Shown in pieces: positions 26,950 to 37,733 of a stretch of DNA of 64,000 nt; the first letter of the stretch is position 1; each line of letters opens with the position of its first letter. Source of the stretch: Alphaproteobacteria bacterium (lineage in GTDB: Bacteria > Pseudomonadota > Alphaproteobacteria > Caulobacterales > Aquidulcibacteraceae); contig JAGWZH010000002.1 of NCBI GenBank assembly GCA_018971945.1, positions 503-64,502 on the forward strand. The letters are read 5' to 3'. A model generated the notes under the pieces. That model was not told the origin of the DNA. It saw only the letters and a list, made by a program, of their open reading frames with translations, and searched no databases. The position numbers and the translations under genes were made by a program.

Positions 26950-29199
26950 ATGTTCATCCGTACCTTGGCCGTTCGCGCAGGCGTGGCTTTGCTGCCGCTC
27001 ATCGCCGCGCTCGCCGCTCCCGCCTATGCTCAAGAGAGCGAAGGCGACATCATCGTCACCGCGCGACGCACAGCGGAAAACCTGCAGGATGTGCCAGCCT
27101 CCGTCTCGGCCTTCACGCCTGAAACGCTCGAGCGCCTCAACATCGCCGAACCCGCCGGCCTGCAAGGCGCCATCCCCAACGTGAACATCGTCCAAGGCCG
27201 TGGGTCGGGCAACGCGCTCAACATCTATATACGCGGCGTCGGCCAGCCGGACGCGCTGCAGACCTTTGATCCCGCCATAGGGTTCTATGTCGACGACGTC
27301 TATTATAGCCGTATCCGCGGGACCCAGCTTGAACTTTTTGACATCGAGCGCATCGAAGTGCTCCGCGGTCCGCAGGGCACGCTCTACGGCAAGAACACCA
27401 TCGGCGGCGCCTTCCGTGTTGTGACCCAGCGCCCGGGTCAGAATGCCCGTGCCGCCGCAAGCCTCGCGTTTGGTGATTACGGCCAGCAGGAAGGCCGTCT
27501 GTCCGGTTCTGGCCCGATCAATGAACAGCTCGCCATCGGCGCCTCCGTCTTCATGGCCACGCGCGACGGCTATGTCACTAACCCGCTGAACGGCGAAGAA
27601 TACAACGACCGCAATGTCGGCGCTGCGCGCTTGGCCTTGGCTTGGGACCCCTCGCCAAACTTCAGCGCCGACATCGCTGTCGACTACGCCGAAGAACAGA
27701 ACGCCCTGCAACTGGGCCAAGCGACATCGACCCTGACCACGATTGGCCTTGTGCCCCTGCGAACGATCACGACCGTTCCTGCCTGGAACTTCCAGGCGAG
27801 CGCCACCCCGGGCCTGCCCAACAGCCAAGAGCTAAGCCAAGGCGGCGTCCGCGCCACCTTGGCGTGGGAGCTGGGCGACAACTGGACCGTGAAGTCCATT
27901 ACCGCTCACCGCGTCCTGTCCTATGAAGACTATATCGACATCGATGGGACCACCCTCGAGATCGGCGACGTCTTCGTCGGCGTCAACCAGCACCAGGTCA
28001 GCCAAGAGCTGCAAAGCATCTACGAAGGCGACCGCCTCACCTTCGTCGGTGGCCTCTACTGGCTGCAGGAAGGCGTGAACTCCAACCAAATCGCGTTCGC
28101 CGATGACTTCGTGACCGGCTTCCTTGGCCAATCGAGCTTCACCCGGACCATCTCAGATGAACTCGACACCACAAGCTGGGCGGCCTTCGCCAACGCCTCC
28201 TATGCGCTGAACGATCGGCTGAATGTCTCCGCGGGTTTACGCTACACCAACGAGACCAAAGACTATTTCCGCACCACCTCGACGTTCTTCACCACGCCGC
28301 TGTTCAACAGCACGTTCGCCTTCCGCGTCTCTGAGACCTGGGACGACTACTCCCCGATGGCCTCGCTGGACTTCCAAGCGACCGACAACATCATGCTCTA
28401 CGGCCGTGTCGCCCGGGGCTTCAAGTCGGGCGGCTTTAACGGCCGCGCCAACTCCGCCGGCGAGGAACAGCCCTACGCCCCGGAAACGCTGCTCTCCTAT
28501 GAGATCGGCGCGAAAACCGAGTGGATGGACGGCCGCCTGATCGCGAACCTCTCCGTCTTCCAAAACACCTATGAAGATTTCCAGGCCCGCGTCGGCCGGG
28601 TTGTCACCTCGCCCACCCAGCCCATCCCCGCCATCGACTTCGCCGTTCTCAACGCGGGCGAGCTCGACATCAAGGGCGCGGAATTGGAAGTCCTCTTCCG
28701 TCCGGTCCCGGCGCTTCTGCTTGATGCGCAAATCGGCTGGCTCGACGCCGAGTACGGCGAGTTCTTTGAACAACGCGCCGCGGTCGCCCCCGCCACGGGC
28801 TTCGTGACCCTTAATCGCTCCTGGCAGACCCCCGCCTTCAGCCCGGAATGGACCGCCCGCTTCGGCGCGCAGTATCGCTTCGGCATGGCGGACGGCTCTG
28901 GCGTCACCGCAGGCGTCACTGCCCGCTACCGTAGCGAGCACGCCCTGGCCGTGGACAATGCCGACCTTTCCACCCGCGCCCGCTTCGCCGGCCTGTGGCA
29001 GGACGATTACTGGCTCTATGACGCCCGTCTTGTGTGGGAGAACAGCGAAGGCAACCTCACCGCTGGCGTCGTCGGCCGCAACCTGGGCGACGAAGCGTAC
29101 CGCACCGATGGCCAGGAGTTCTCAAACGTCGGCGGCATCCGCACCGTCTATTACGGCGCGCCGCAAACCTGGACCGCCACCCTGGGCTGGCGCTACTAA
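26950..29199 (+). CDS. TonB-dependent receptor
   Basis: Signal peptide ending PAYAQE, plug motifs DIIVTARR and IEVLRGPQGTLYGKNTIGG, and a barrel ending TWTATLGWRY. Confidence 0.9.
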   Translation: MFIRTLAVRAGVALLPLIAALAAPAYAQESEGDIIVTARRTAENLQDVPASVSAFTPETLERLNIAEPAGLQGAIPNVNIVQGRGSGNALNIYIRGVGQPDALQTFDPAIGFYVDDVYYSRIRGTQLELFDIERIEVLRGPQGTLYGKNTIGGAFRVVTQRPGQNARAAASLAFGDYGQQEGRLSGSGPINEQLAIGASVFMATRDGYVTNPLNGEEYNDRNVGAARLALAWDPSPNFSADIAVDYAEEQNALQLGQATSTLTTIGLVPLRTITTVPAWNFQASATPGLPNSQELSQGGVRATLAWELGDNWTVKSITAHRVLSYEDYIDIDGTTLEIGDVFVGVNQHQVSQELQSIYEGDRLTFVGGLYWLQEGVNSNQIAFADDFVTGFLGQSSFTRTISDELDTTSWAAFANASYALNDRLNVSAGLRYTNETKDYFRTTSTFFTTPLFNSTFAFRVSETWDDYSPMASLDFQATDNIMLYGRVARGFKSGGFNGRANSAGEEQPYAPETLLSYEIGAKTEWMDGRLIANLSVFQNTYEDFQARVGRVVTSPTQPIPAIDFAVLNAGELDIKGAELEVLFRPVPALLLDAQIGWLDAEYGEFFEQRAAVAPATGFVTLNRSWQTPAFSPEWTARFGAQYRFGMADGSGVTAGVTARYRSEHALAVDNADLSTRARFAGLWQDDYWLYDARLVWENSEGNLTAGVVGRNLGDEAYRTDGQEFSNVGGIRTVYYGAPQTWTATLGWRY

Positions 29200-29224
29200 G
29201 CCCGGCCCGGATTGAGACCAGCGG

Positions 29225-29263
29225 CCGCCCTCTCCCACCCCGGGGGAGGGCGGTTGTCTTTTT
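29225..29263 (+). terminator. Rho-independent terminator after the second TonB-dependent receptor
   Basis: 12-bp stem ccgccctctccc / gggggagggcgg (one G-U pair) with a 5-nt loop, followed by ttgtcttttt. Confidence 0.8.
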
Positions 29264-29303
29264 GGACCCTTCGGCCAAGGGTACCGTCCAAAGGAAGGCA
29301 GGA

Positions 29304-30176
29304 ATGATCCAGGACGCTTTCGCTGACCGCTTTGTCCCCACCGCCGACGGCCTGACGATCTATTTGCGGGACTACGCCCCCCTTGAGCCCTCTAGCGGCT
29401 TGCCGATGCTCTGCCTGCACGGCCTGACCCGTAACAGCCGGGACTTTGAGATCATCGCCCCGCGGCTCGCGGCCCTGGGCCGCCGCGTGCTTGTCATGGA
29501 TGTCCGCGGGCGCGGCCGCTCCGACCGCGATCCTGAGCCGATGCGTTATGGCGTCCCGACTTATGTCGGCGACGTCATGGCCGCCCTCGATTATCTCCAG
29601 ATCGATAGGGCGGTGTTTCTCGGCACCTCGATGGGCGGGCTGATCACCATGGTCTTCGCCGCGATGACCCCTGGTCGCGTCGCTGCAGCGATCCTCAATG
29701 ATGTCGGCCCCGAACTGAACCCAGTCGCGGTCGCCCGCATCGGCGCCTATGTCGGTAAGACAAACCCGGTGGAGAGCTGGGACGAAGCCCTCGGGATCAC
29801 CCGAGCCAACAACGAAGCCGCGTTCCCCGGCCGCGACGACGCCTTTTGGGACGCCTTCGCCCGCCGCTGCTGGCATGAGGACAACGGCAAGATCGCTTTG
29901 TCTTATGATCCGCTGATCGCCATTCCTTTCTCCCAGCCGCAGGGCCCCGCGCCGGCAGACCTGAAACCTCTGTTTCAAGCAGCCTTTGGCGCAATCCCGA
30001 CGCTGTTGATCCGCGGAGCGCTTTCAGACCTTATCTCGCCCGAGCACGTCGCGACCATGCAGGCGCTTAAGCCGGACTTGGCGTTCAGGGAGATTGCCGG
30101 TGTCGGCCACGCCCCGATGCTGGAGGAGCCCGAAGCCATGGCCGCGATCATAGAGTTTCTCGCCCAAGCGCCATAA
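29304..30176 (+). CDS. Alpha/beta hydrolase
   Basis: LCLHGLTRNSRDF, RGRGRSD, nucleophile elbow GTSMGG, and C-terminal GVGHAPMLEEP. Start set at MIQDAF (ATG 29304). Confidence 0.85.
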   Translation: MIQDAFADRFVPTADGLTIYLRDYAPLEPSSGLPMLCLHGLTRNSRDFEIIAPRLAALGRRVLVMDVRGRGRSDRDPEPMRYGVPTYVGDVMAALDYLQIDRAVFLGTSMGGLITMVFAAMTPGRVAAAILNDVGPELNPVAVARIGAYVGKTNPVESWDEALGITRANNEAAFPGRDDAFWDAFARRCWHEDNGKIALSYDPLIAIPFSQPQGPAPADLKPLFQAAFGAIPTLLIRGALSDLISPEHVATMQALKPDLAFREIAGVGHAPMLEEPEAMAAIIEFLAQAP

Positions 30177-30208
30177 GCCCCCCTCAAACCTGGGCCCGAA
30201 ATCGACGC

Positions 30209-31345
30209 CTAAAGGCTGCGCAAAAAGAGTTCCCGATATTCCGCTTCCCCGAAGGAGAACGTGTGCGCCGCCGTCGCCAGGTCAGACACCGCATAGGGCA
30301 GAGCGCTTTGGAGATGTTCCTCATTCACGCCGACCTCTGACAGCCGCGCTGGGATCCCGATCTTCGCGATCAGCTGCGCGATCGCCTCAGACACCTCGGC
30401 TTCAGCCGCCAATCCCATTGCCGGCCGCAGGCGCGCAAGCTTCTCCGCCGCCAAGCCCCGCTCTTCGATCATCGCCAGCGAGTGCGGCAGGATGATCGCG
30501 TTCAGCGTCCCGTGATGGAGCTTTAAATCCGCCATCCGCCCCAGCGCGTGTGACAGGCCGTGCACCGCGCCCAAGCCCTTCACGAAGGCCAAAGCCCCCT
30601 GATAGCTCGCCATCATCATGTGCCAGCGGGCGTCTTTGTCGGCCCCGTCCGCTACCGCGCGTTTTAGCCAGCCCTGGCCGATGCCCCGCCACACCCCGTC
30701 AAGGCCGATCGCCTCTGCTGGCGGATTCACCGGCGCCCCGAGATAAGCCTCGATGCAGTGGGTCATGGCGTCCATGCCCGTGGCCGCTGTGAGCCGCGGG
30801 GGCAGACCAACGCTGAGTTCGGGATCGCAGATCGCCGTCGCTGGGATCAGGTTCGGCGACACGAAGGTCTCTTTCCGTCCATTGTCCATGATGATGACGG
30901 CGCCGACGCTGACCTCGCTGCCTGTGCCGGCGGTTGTCGGCACAGCCACAAGCGGCGGGATCTTTCCGATCAACCGCGCCCCGCCGCTGACTGCCGCATA
31001 TTTTTCGAAAGGCCCTTCGTGTGTGACCCATAGGCCGACGCCCTTGGCGAGGTCCATCGACGATCCGCCTCCCAGCGCCACAAGGCTGTCGCAGCCGGCC
31101 TCGCGGTAAAGCGCCGCCGCCTCCCGCACCGCCGGCTCCGTCGGGTTCGTGGGGGTGCCGTCATAGACGGCGGCGAACGCGCCGCCAGAAGCCGCCTCGG
31201 CGACCATCAGAACACCCGCGGCCCGGATCCCCGCATCGGTGACCAAAAGCGGCCGCGTCGCGCCGAGGCGCTTTAAGATAGCGGGCAGCTGCTTGATCGC
31301 GCCGTGATCAAAAACGCAGGTGGTCAAATAGGTCATCGTCGGCAT
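30209..31345 (-). CDS. Iron-containing alcohol dehydrogenase
   Basis: Fe-ADH motifs [20 protein letters not shown] and [10 protein letters not shown], plus His-rich metal ligands (HGLSHALG). Confidence 0.9.
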   Translation of the reverse strand: MPTMTYLTTCVFDHGAIKQLPAILKRLGATRPLLVTDAGIRAAGVLMVAEAASGGAFAAVYDGTPTNPTEPAVREAAALYREAGCDSLVALGGGSSMDLAKGVGLWVTHEGPFEKYAAVSGGARLIGKIPPLVAVPTTAGTGSEVSVGAVIIMDNGRKETFVSPNLIPATAICDPELSVGLPPRLTAATGMDAMTHCIEAYLGAPVNPPAEAIGLDGVWRGIGQGWLKRAVADGADKDARWHMMMASYQGALAFVKGLGAVHGLSHALGRMADLKLHHGTLNAIILPHSLAMIEERGLAAEKLARLRPAMGLAAEAEVSEAIAQLIAKIGIPARLSEVGVNEEHLQSALPYAVSDLATAAHTFSFGEAEYRELFLRSL

Positions 31346-31477
31346 GGGCGCGTCCTCGAGGGTGGGCGACCATGCCTAGCCCCGGAAAGTCCTAAGGGGA
31401 AGGCGCCCGCAGCGCTCCTCTTGACGCTGCAGCGGGACTTGATGGAGTGGCCGTCATGCGCGAGGGAAATTCGCACC

Positions 31478-32266
31478 ATGACCGCAGATAGCGCCGCAGA
31501 GCCCGAGCCCCGCCGAAAGGGCCGGAAAACGAAGCCTCGCAAGGGTGAGCGCCGCCCGAAGGACCGCCGCTCCTGGTGGCTTTTGCTCATCCTGTGGACA
31601 TTCACGGTCCTTGTGGTGATTCCTGTGGGCCTCGTGCTGCTCTACCGCTTTGCCGATCCGCCGCTCACCTGGACTCAAACCGGCCGGATCTTCGCCGGCG
31701 ACGACGTCACCCGCAGGCCCATCAGCCTCGACGACATGTCCCCCAACATCGTCAACGCGGTGATCGCGGCCGAGGACAACCGCTTCTGCAGCCACCACGG
31801 CTTCGACATCGAAGCGATCCAGGACGCGATGGAATACAACGCGCGCCAGCAAGAGCGCGGCGCCGGCCGGCGCCGCGGCGCATCCACCATCAGCCAGCAG
31901 ACCGCGAAGAACCTCTTCCTGTGGCAGGGCGGGGGATGGTTCCGCAAAGGCCTGGAGACCTATTTCACGGTCCTCATCGAAACCCTCTGGCCCAAGCGGC
32001 GCATCATGGAGGCCTATCTCAACGCCGCCGAGTGGGGCGACGGCGCCTTCGGCGTCGAGGCCGCAGCCCAGGTGCATTTCAACAAACCCGCAGCCGACCT
32101 TACGCGCCGCGAGGCCGCGCGGTTGGCCGCTGTGCTCCCAAGCCCCCGCCGCTGGGACGCGAGCGAACCAGGGCCCTATGTGCGCGGCCGCGCCCGCATG
32201 CTTCAGGGCCGCGCCGCCGTCGTCCGCAACGAGGGCCTCTCTGCGTGCGTCCTCTCGCCCGAATAG
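31478..32266 (+). CDS. mtgA: Monofunctional biosynthetic peptidoglycan transglycosylase
   Basis: Basic N-terminus followed by a TM segment. GT51 motifs [29 protein letters not shown] and RIMEAYLN. Start set at ATG 31478. Confidence 0.9.
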   Translation: MTADSAAEPEPRRKGRKTKPRKGERRPKDRRSWWLLLILWTFTVLVVIPVGLVLLYRFADPPLTWTQTGRIFAGDDVTRRPISLDDMSPNIVNAVIAAEDNRFCSHHGFDIEAIQDAMEYNARQQERGAGRRRGASTISQQTAKNLFLWQGGGWFRKGLETYFTVLIETLWPKRRIMEAYLNAAEWGDGAFGVEAAAQVHFNKPAADLTRREAARLAAVLPSPRRWDASEPGPYVRGRARMLQGRAAVVRNEGLSACVLSPE

Positions 32267-32289
32267 GCCGCTTTTGCTAGGATCGCCTC

Positions 32290-32727
32290 ATGGCGCACTA
32301 TTTTGAAGCCTTCATCAACGAGGCCCTGGCCCGCCGCCGGCGCATCGCCTCAACGATTGGGCCGTTGGCGCAAGGCTGGTTTGATCTTGCCCTGTTGGGG
32401 GGCGTGGTCATCGGTTCTGTGGGCCTGTTCGCCTATCCCTGGATGCCCTGGGCCGCCCCTTGGGGCTTTGCCCTGCCGTTCGCCTGCGCCATCGGCCATG
32501 GCTTGTTGGACGCTCGCCGCCAGACGGCGCTCGCCCGGGGCGACGATAGCGAAAAGGTCCAGGAGCGGGGCGATTTCGCCGCCGTCTTGTGGGGCCTCGG
32601 CTGCGCCAGCGCCGGGGTCCTCACCTTCGCCTACGCCTATCTCCAGGAGCCCGCCCCCCCGCCGCCGGCCCCGACCGAAGAATGGGCCCCTCCAGACAGC
32701 GTCATCGAACTGGACATCTCCCGCTGA
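32290..32727 (+). CDS. Hypothetical small membrane protein (about 3 TM)
   Basis: Hydrophobic segments LALLGGVVIGSVGLFAY, WGFALPFACAIGHGLL and AVLWGLGCASAGVLTFAYAY. No family recognised. Confidence 0.5.
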   Translation: MAHYFEAFINEALARRRRIASTIGPLAQGWFDLALLGGVVIGSVGLFAYPWMPWAAPWGFALPFACAIGHGLLDARRQTALARGDDSEKVQERGDFAAVLWGLGCASAGVLTFAYAYLQEPAPPPPAPTEEWAPPDSVIELDISR

Positions 32728-32794
32728 CGGCGCAATCAAACCTTGGTAGACAGACACAAAGGCGGGTCAACCGCCGCCACAGGGAGCGCGCCGC

Positions 32795-34285
32795 ATGCCG
32801 ACCCGGTCTTTGGGCCTGAAATTCCTTTTAGTGTGCGCCCTGGCGGTCCTGATGGCGATCCCGGCCTTTGCGATTTATGGTTTGATTTGGGACCGTACCT
32901 CCCGCGCGGGCCAAGTCGTCGCCGAAGTCGGCGCCCGCTATGGCGGCGAGCAGGCCTTTTTGGGGCCCATCCTTGTGGCGCCCTATCGGGCGGTGCGCGC
33001 CGCCCCCGTGTCGCCCGGCCAGCCGCCGCAGCCCGCCATGGTGGAAGAGGGCTGGTATGTCGTTTTCGCCGAAACCGGCAGCGCTGACGCCACGGTGGAG
33101 ACCGACATCGTCCGCCGCGGCAGCCTCTTCAAGGTCCGCACCTACACCGCCGACGTCTCCATGCGGGCGAATTTCGACCTCACCGGCCAACCCAACGCCG
33201 CCCCCGACGGCGCGGTCGTCGATTGGTCCCGTGCGGCCTTCCTCATCGGGGTGGGCGATCCCCGCGGCGCCCAAGGCGCCGCAGCGGAAATTCAGGTTGA
33301 AGGCGGCGCAAGCCTGCCTCTGACCCCAGGCTCCGCCTATCCGCAGCTGCTCACCGGCATGGCGTTGAGCCCCGAGGAGATGAACCGCGGCGCCTACAGC
33401 AACCGCCCCTATCAATGGCTCGCCGCTGACGCCGCCACCCTCGTGGAGGCCGCTTTGGCCCAGAGTGGCGATCCGACCTTCGCTTTGAGCGCGTCCTTGC
33501 GGCTGTCTGGCGTGGAATCCATCGCCCTCGCGCCCTTTGCCAAGAATACCGAGCTCTCGGTCCGATCGACCAACTGGCCGCATGTCGGTTACTTTGGCGC
33601 CTTCCCGCAGGCCGATGGAACCGCGGAAGGGGAGGCGGCGGCCCCAGATACAGCCCAAGAGGGCGGAGCCTATGCCCGGTGGTCTGTCCCGTTCATCGCC
33701 CGCGGTGTGGCCGCCGCCGGCACAATGACCGATATCCAGGGCCTGGGCTCCCAGGACGTCCGCGTCCGCTTCATCGATCCCGCCAACCCGTATCAGGCCG
33801 TCACCCGATCGCTGAAATATGCGATCCTGTTTTTAGGGGTCGTGTTCCTGTTCTATTTCCTTTTTGAAACCACCGGCGAACAGCGCGTCCACCCGGCGCA
33901 GTATATCCTCGTTGGTTTGGCGCAGTTGATTTTCTATCTGTTGTTGCTGGCGATAGCCGAACGCTTGGGCTTTAACATCGCTTTCCTGATCGCTGCGGGC
34001 GCCACAGTTCTGCTGATCTCGTTCTACGCTGGCGCGATCTTCAAGAGCCGAACCCGGTTCCTGGCCGCCTTGGGTTCGTTCTCAGCCCTTTACGCCTTGA
34101 TCTACATGCTGATGTCGCTGGAGGATTACGCGCTTTTGGCCGGTTCGCTCGCCGCCTTCGTCGCCATCGCCGCGGTCATGTGGTTCACCCGCAACCTCGA
34201 CTGGTACGGCCTGAGCGACCAAGGCTTTCGCCGCCCCGGGTCAGACCCGCCGACGCAGCGCTCCGGACCCGGAGGGTCTGGCTGA
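32795..34285 (+). CDS. creD: Inner membrane protein CreD family
   Basis: N-terminal TM (LKFLLVCALAVLMAIPAFAIYGLIWDR), a large periplasmic domain, then a C-terminal cluster of TM helices (KYAILFLGVVFLFYFLFE...). This is CreD architecture. Confidence 0.75.
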   Translation: MPTRSLGLKFLLVCALAVLMAIPAFAIYGLIWDRTSRAGQVVAEVGARYGGEQAFLGPILVAPYRAVRAAPVSPGQPPQPAMVEEGWYVVFAETGSADATVETDIVRRGSLFKVRTYTADVSMRANFDLTGQPNAAPDGAVVDWSRAAFLIGVGDPRGAQGAAAEIQVEGGASLPLTPGSAYPQLLTGMALSPEEMNRGAYSNRPYQWLAADAATLVEAALAQSGDPTFALSASLRLSGVESIALAPFAKNTELSVRSTNWPHVGYFGAFPQADGTAEGEAAAPDTAQEGGAYARWSVPFIARGVAAAGTMTDIQGLGSQDVRVRFIDPANPYQAVTRSLKYAILFLGVVFLFYFLFETTGEQRVHPAQYILVGLAQLIFYLLLLAIAERLGFNIAFLIAAGATVLLISFYAGAIFKSRTRFLAALGSFSALYALIYMLMSLEDYALLAGSLAAFVAIAAVMWFTRNLDWYGLSDQGFRRPGSDPPTQRSGPGGSG

Positions 34286-34427
34286 ATCCTGTCGCCCGCG
34301 GAAGCCTTGAGGCGAGAGGCCAAAGCTCCCTGAGGCGGATTGTCTCGTACGCTTGACGCCGACCCCGCTGCTCACCAACGTCTCTTTCTATTCTGTTTCT
34401 TTTCCTATTGTGGAGCCAAAACCCACC

Positions 34428-35210
34428 ATGGTCGAACTGACGCTGCCGCAGAACTCCAAGGTCAAAAAGGGAAAGCACCACCCGGCCCCAAAGGGCGCGA
34501 AGAAGGTGCGCCGCTTCAAGATCTATCGCTATAATCCCGACACGGGCGAGAACCCCCGTTGGGACACCTATGACCTCGATCTGGACACGTGCGGGCCAAT
34601 GGTTCTGGATGCGATTCTCGCTATCAAAAACACCATGGATTCAACGCTCGCGCTGCGCCGTTCCTGTCGGGAAGGGGTATGTGGCTCTTGCGCGATGAAC
34701 ATCGCAGGGCGCAACACGCTGGCTTGCACCAAAGGCGTCGACGATCTCCCAGAGGGCCAGATCACGATCGCCCCCCTGCCTCATATGCCGGTCATCAAGG
34801 ACCTGGTGCCAGACCTTTCCACTTTCATGGCCCAGTACGCCTCCATCGAACCCTGGCTGCAGACGACAACGCCTGAGCCACAGAGCGAGTGGCGCCAGAG
34901 CCCCTCTGAGCGCGCCTCTGTCGACGGCCTCTATGAGTGCATCCTTTGCGCCTGCTGCACCACCAGTTGCCCCTCTTATTGGTGGAACGGAGACCGCTAT
35001 CTTGGGCCTGCGGCGTTGTTGCAGGCCTATCGCTGGATCGCAGACAGCCGCGACGAGGCGACCGGCAAGCGTTTGGACGAGCTTGAGGATCCCTTCAAAC
35101 TCTACCGCTGCCATACGATCATGAACTGTGCGCAGGTTTGCCCAAAAGGCCTTAATCCCGCCAGAGCGATCTCCACGATCAAGAAGCTTATGGTGGAGAG
35201 ACAAGTCTGA
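34428..35210 (+). CDS. sdhB: Succinate dehydrogenase iron-sulfur subunit
   Basis: Three Fe-S cluster motifs: [38 protein letters not shown] and [17 protein letters not shown]. Start at MVELTLPQ (ATG 34428). Confidence 0.95.
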   Translation: MVELTLPQNSKVKKGKHHPAPKGAKKVRRFKIYRYNPDTGENPRWDTYDLDLDTCGPMVLDAILAIKNTMDSTLALRRSCREGVCGSCAMNIAGRNTLACTKGVDDLPEGQITIAPLPHMPVIKDLVPDLSTFMAQYASIEPWLQTTTPEPQSEWRQSPSERASVDGLYECILCACCTTSCPSYWWNGDRYLGPAALLQAYRWIADSRDEATGKRLDELEDPFKLYRCHTIMNCAQVCPKGLNPARAISTIKKLMVERQV

Positions 35211-35224
35211 AGCCCTTCGCTTGA

Positions 35225-36059
35225 CTTCAGATCATAGCCCTGTGCGCAGCCATCTTGCTGGGGGGCGCGGCCAAAGCGCTCGCTTCGTCCTGGCGTTTTG
35301 ATCGGGCAATATTCTTGGGCGCCAGCCTCGAGTTTGCTCAACGCAAGCCTCCAGAAGGGGGCGAGGCGGTGTGGGTGGAGCGCCCTTACGGGGTCGCTTT
35401 GGAGGGGTGGTTTTTTCCCGCCCGGGGACGTTCGCGAGCCTGCCCCTGCCATCCTCTATTGTCATGGCGCAGCCGAACTGATCGATCACAATATCGGCCT
35501 AGCCGAGAGCTACGCTGGCGCAGGTTTTCATATGCTATTGGCGGAGTATCGCAGCGATGGTCGGTCTTCCGGAGAACCCGATCTGGAGGCGGTTCCCGGC
35601 GACGCCCACGCCTTCTATGATCGCTTGGCTTCCATGCCCCAAGTCGACCGCGGCCGCATTGTGGTCTTGGGTCGTTCCCTGGACGGCGCCGCGGCCGCCG
35701 CGGTCGCTCACACGCGCGCGCCGTGCGCTGTCGTCTTGGAGCAGACCTTCACCACCCTCGCCGACATGGTGGCTGAAGCCGGCCTCCCCCGTTCTCTGGC
35801 GGGCGACGCCCTCGATCGCTTGAGCGCGGTGAAAGCCTATTCCGGACCGATCTTTCTTAGCCATGGCCGTGCTGACGGGAACATCCCTTTCGCCCATGGC
35901 CAGCGCCTGGCCGCCGCCGCCGCCGACTGAAGCCAAGGCCGCCATCGCTTCGCCGCGTTCGACCGCCGCTATAGTCCCATGGCCCCCTTCTCTGAGATCC
36001 GGGCCGCCATTCTGGATTTCTTGAGCGAAACCCTGTGTCGAGCGATGGCCGGTTCGTAA
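35225..36059 (+). pseudogene. Decayed alpha/beta hydrolase (frameshift plus in-frame TGA and degenerate catalytic residues)
   Basis: The N-terminal part reads in one frame (IIALCAAILLGGAAKALASSWRFDRAIFLGA...AVWVERPYGVALEGWFFP). The rest reads in the +1 frame from about 35415 (FFPPGDVREPAPAILYCHG...). The switch is at a T6C3 run. The elbow is GRSLDG rather than GxSxG. An in-frame TGA at 35928 follows a (GCC)5 run. A further 42 sense codons end ...EIRAAILDFLSE, with no catalytic His. No canonical start precedes the TM segment. Confidence 0.5.
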
Positions 36060-36114
36060 CCAATTCCGGCTATGACCGTCCCCGATTGTCTTCAAGAGGG
36101 CAGGGGCACAGGCG

Positions 36115-36801
36115 ATGACCAATCATTTGCACCGCGAGGGCGAGGCTGCTTGGGATATCGCCCCAGCCGTTCTGAAGATTCTGGAGCAGGAAGTGACGCC
36201 GGGCGCAGTGACCCTGGAAACCGGCGCAGGGCGCTCCACACTGGTCTTCGCGAAAGCCGGGGCGCGCCACCACTGCGTCACCCCCAGCCAGGACGAAGTC
36301 GCGCGGATTGTCGCCCAAGCCCAGCGAGAAGGCGTGAGCCTTGAGACAGTCCGCTTTCATCTCGGCTTCAGCCAGGACGTGCTTCCCGGCCTGAAGACCC
36401 CGCCCTTGGACCTAGCCCTGATCGATGGCGGCCATGGTTTTCCAATCCCGGCTCTCGATTGGCAGTTTATCGCCCCGAGACTGAAGGTCGGCGGCGTTCT
36501 GATCATCGACGACGTGGATCTTTGGACCGGCGCCATGATCGTCGACTTTCTGCGGGGAGAACGCGCTTGGCGGGAGGAAGCTATTCTAAGGGGCCGCTCC
36601 GCGGTCTTCCGTCTTATCGCGCCTTTCACCCACCATGAGTGGACCAAGCAGCCGACCGTGGTCGCCAAGAGCCGCTGGACCCAGACCAAACGCAAGGCGA
36701 TCAACGCTTTCGGCATGGTCCTCGCCGGCCGGATCGGCGAGATCGGCGGCAGGCTCGCCCATGAACGCCGGCTCGCTGAAGCGGCGAAAAAAGACTATTG
36801 A
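36115..36801 (+). CDS. Class I SAM-dependent methyltransferase
   Basis: SAM-binding VTLETGAGRSTLVFA, plus LALIDGGHGF and GGVLIIDDV, typical of Methyltransf_24/O-MTase-like enzymes. Confidence 0.7.
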   Translation: MTNHLHREGEAAWDIAPAVLKILEQEVTPGAVTLETGAGRSTLVFAKAGARHHCVTPSQDEVARIVAQAQREGVSLETVRFHLGFSQDVLPGLKTPPLDLALIDGGHGFPIPALDWQFIAPRLKVGGVLIIDDVDLWTGAMIVDFLRGERAWREEAILRGRSAVFRLIAPFTHHEWTKQPTVVAKSRWTQTKRKAINAFGMVLAGRIGEIGGRLAHERRLAEAAKKDY

Positions 36802-37733
36802 TCCGCCGGCTCGCCGGGCTTTGGCGGATCGCGAAAGCCGCACTCGGGGCCCGCAGGATCGAACGGCGTATCAGGTGAGCTGGGCAAAATGCGCTCGATA
36901 TAGTGCTTAACCTTCCGCGACGCGCTCAGCCCGTCGCCGGCCTCCGCCACATGTTCTGGGGTGATCTCGGGGCCGAAAGTCAGCTGATAGGACCGGCCTT
37001 CTTTGTTCAGGAGCTCATGGAACAAGGTGATGTCCCGCAACTCCTTGGAGAAGGTGTTGAAGAAGTGGAACAGCGTTGCGTAGGGCCCGGTGATATGGGC
37101 CGGAATGATCGGAATGGCGTATTTTCTCGCGAGACTGACTGCGGTGGACTGCCACTCGGGGTCCGTCACTTGTCCGTGCCAGATCCTGGCGAGCCGACCC
37201 GCGGGAAAAATCATGATCGGTTTGCCCGCGCTGACCGCATCCGCCGTCATTTTCAAAGTCACCCGCGTCCGCTCGCGCGAGCGCTTTTCCGGCACCCATT
37301 CCACCGGAATCAATGTCTCGTCGAACCGGGGACAAACCCGATGCGCGTCCGAGTTGGCGTAGAACAGCACGTCCGGCCGCGTCGGGGCTATGGCGTCATA
37401 CATGGCGATCCCGTCGGTGATCCCTGTGGGGTGGTTCGCCAAGATCAGGAAAGCCCCCTCACGCTGCAGTCGTTCAGGCCGCGTTAAGCTCACCTGCAGT
37501 CGCAATAATCGGCTCAGATAGCGCATCGCTTCCTGGCCCCCCATGACCCTGATGGCGTCCGCCATCCGCCGCGCTTTCTGATAATTGAGGATATGGTACA
37601 AAGGCGGTCGTGCCAGGGGCCAGAACCAGCTTGACGAAAGATGCGGCGCCCGCTCTTCGATCAGCACATCCACGATATGCTTAACGGCGACGGCGCGGGT
37701 CATGGCGTTGGCCGTGGGGGCGAAATGCGTCAT
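36795..37733 (-). CDS. Lysophospholipid acyltransferase family protein (PlsC-like)
   Basis: HX4D motif in ILANHPTGITDG and a downstream FPAGR motif (IMIFPAGRLAR). Start set at ATG 37733. The 3' end overlaps the methyltransferase gene by 7 nt (convergent). Confidence 0.75.
   Translation of the reverse strand: MTHFAPTANAMTRAVAVKHIVDVLIEERAPHLSSSWFWPLARPPLYHILNYQKARRMADAIRVMGGQEAMRYLSRLLRLQVSLTRPERLQREGAFLILANHPTGITDGIAMYDAIAPTRPDVLFYANSDAHRVCPRFDETLIPVEWVPEKRSRERTRVTLKMTADAVSAGKPIMIFPAGRLARIWHGQVTDPEWQSTAVSLARKYAIPIIPAHITGPYATLFHFFNTFSKELRDITLFHELLNKEGRSYQLTFGPEITPEHVAEAGDGLSASRKVKHYIERILPSSPDTPFDPAGPECGFRDPPKPGEPADQ

Noticed and set aside
35928-35930. In-frame TGA of the hydrolase as a selenocysteine or programmed read-through site.
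   Set aside because: There is no SECIS-like hairpin immediately downstream. The position is not a redox-active Cys site. The gene shows other signs of decay.
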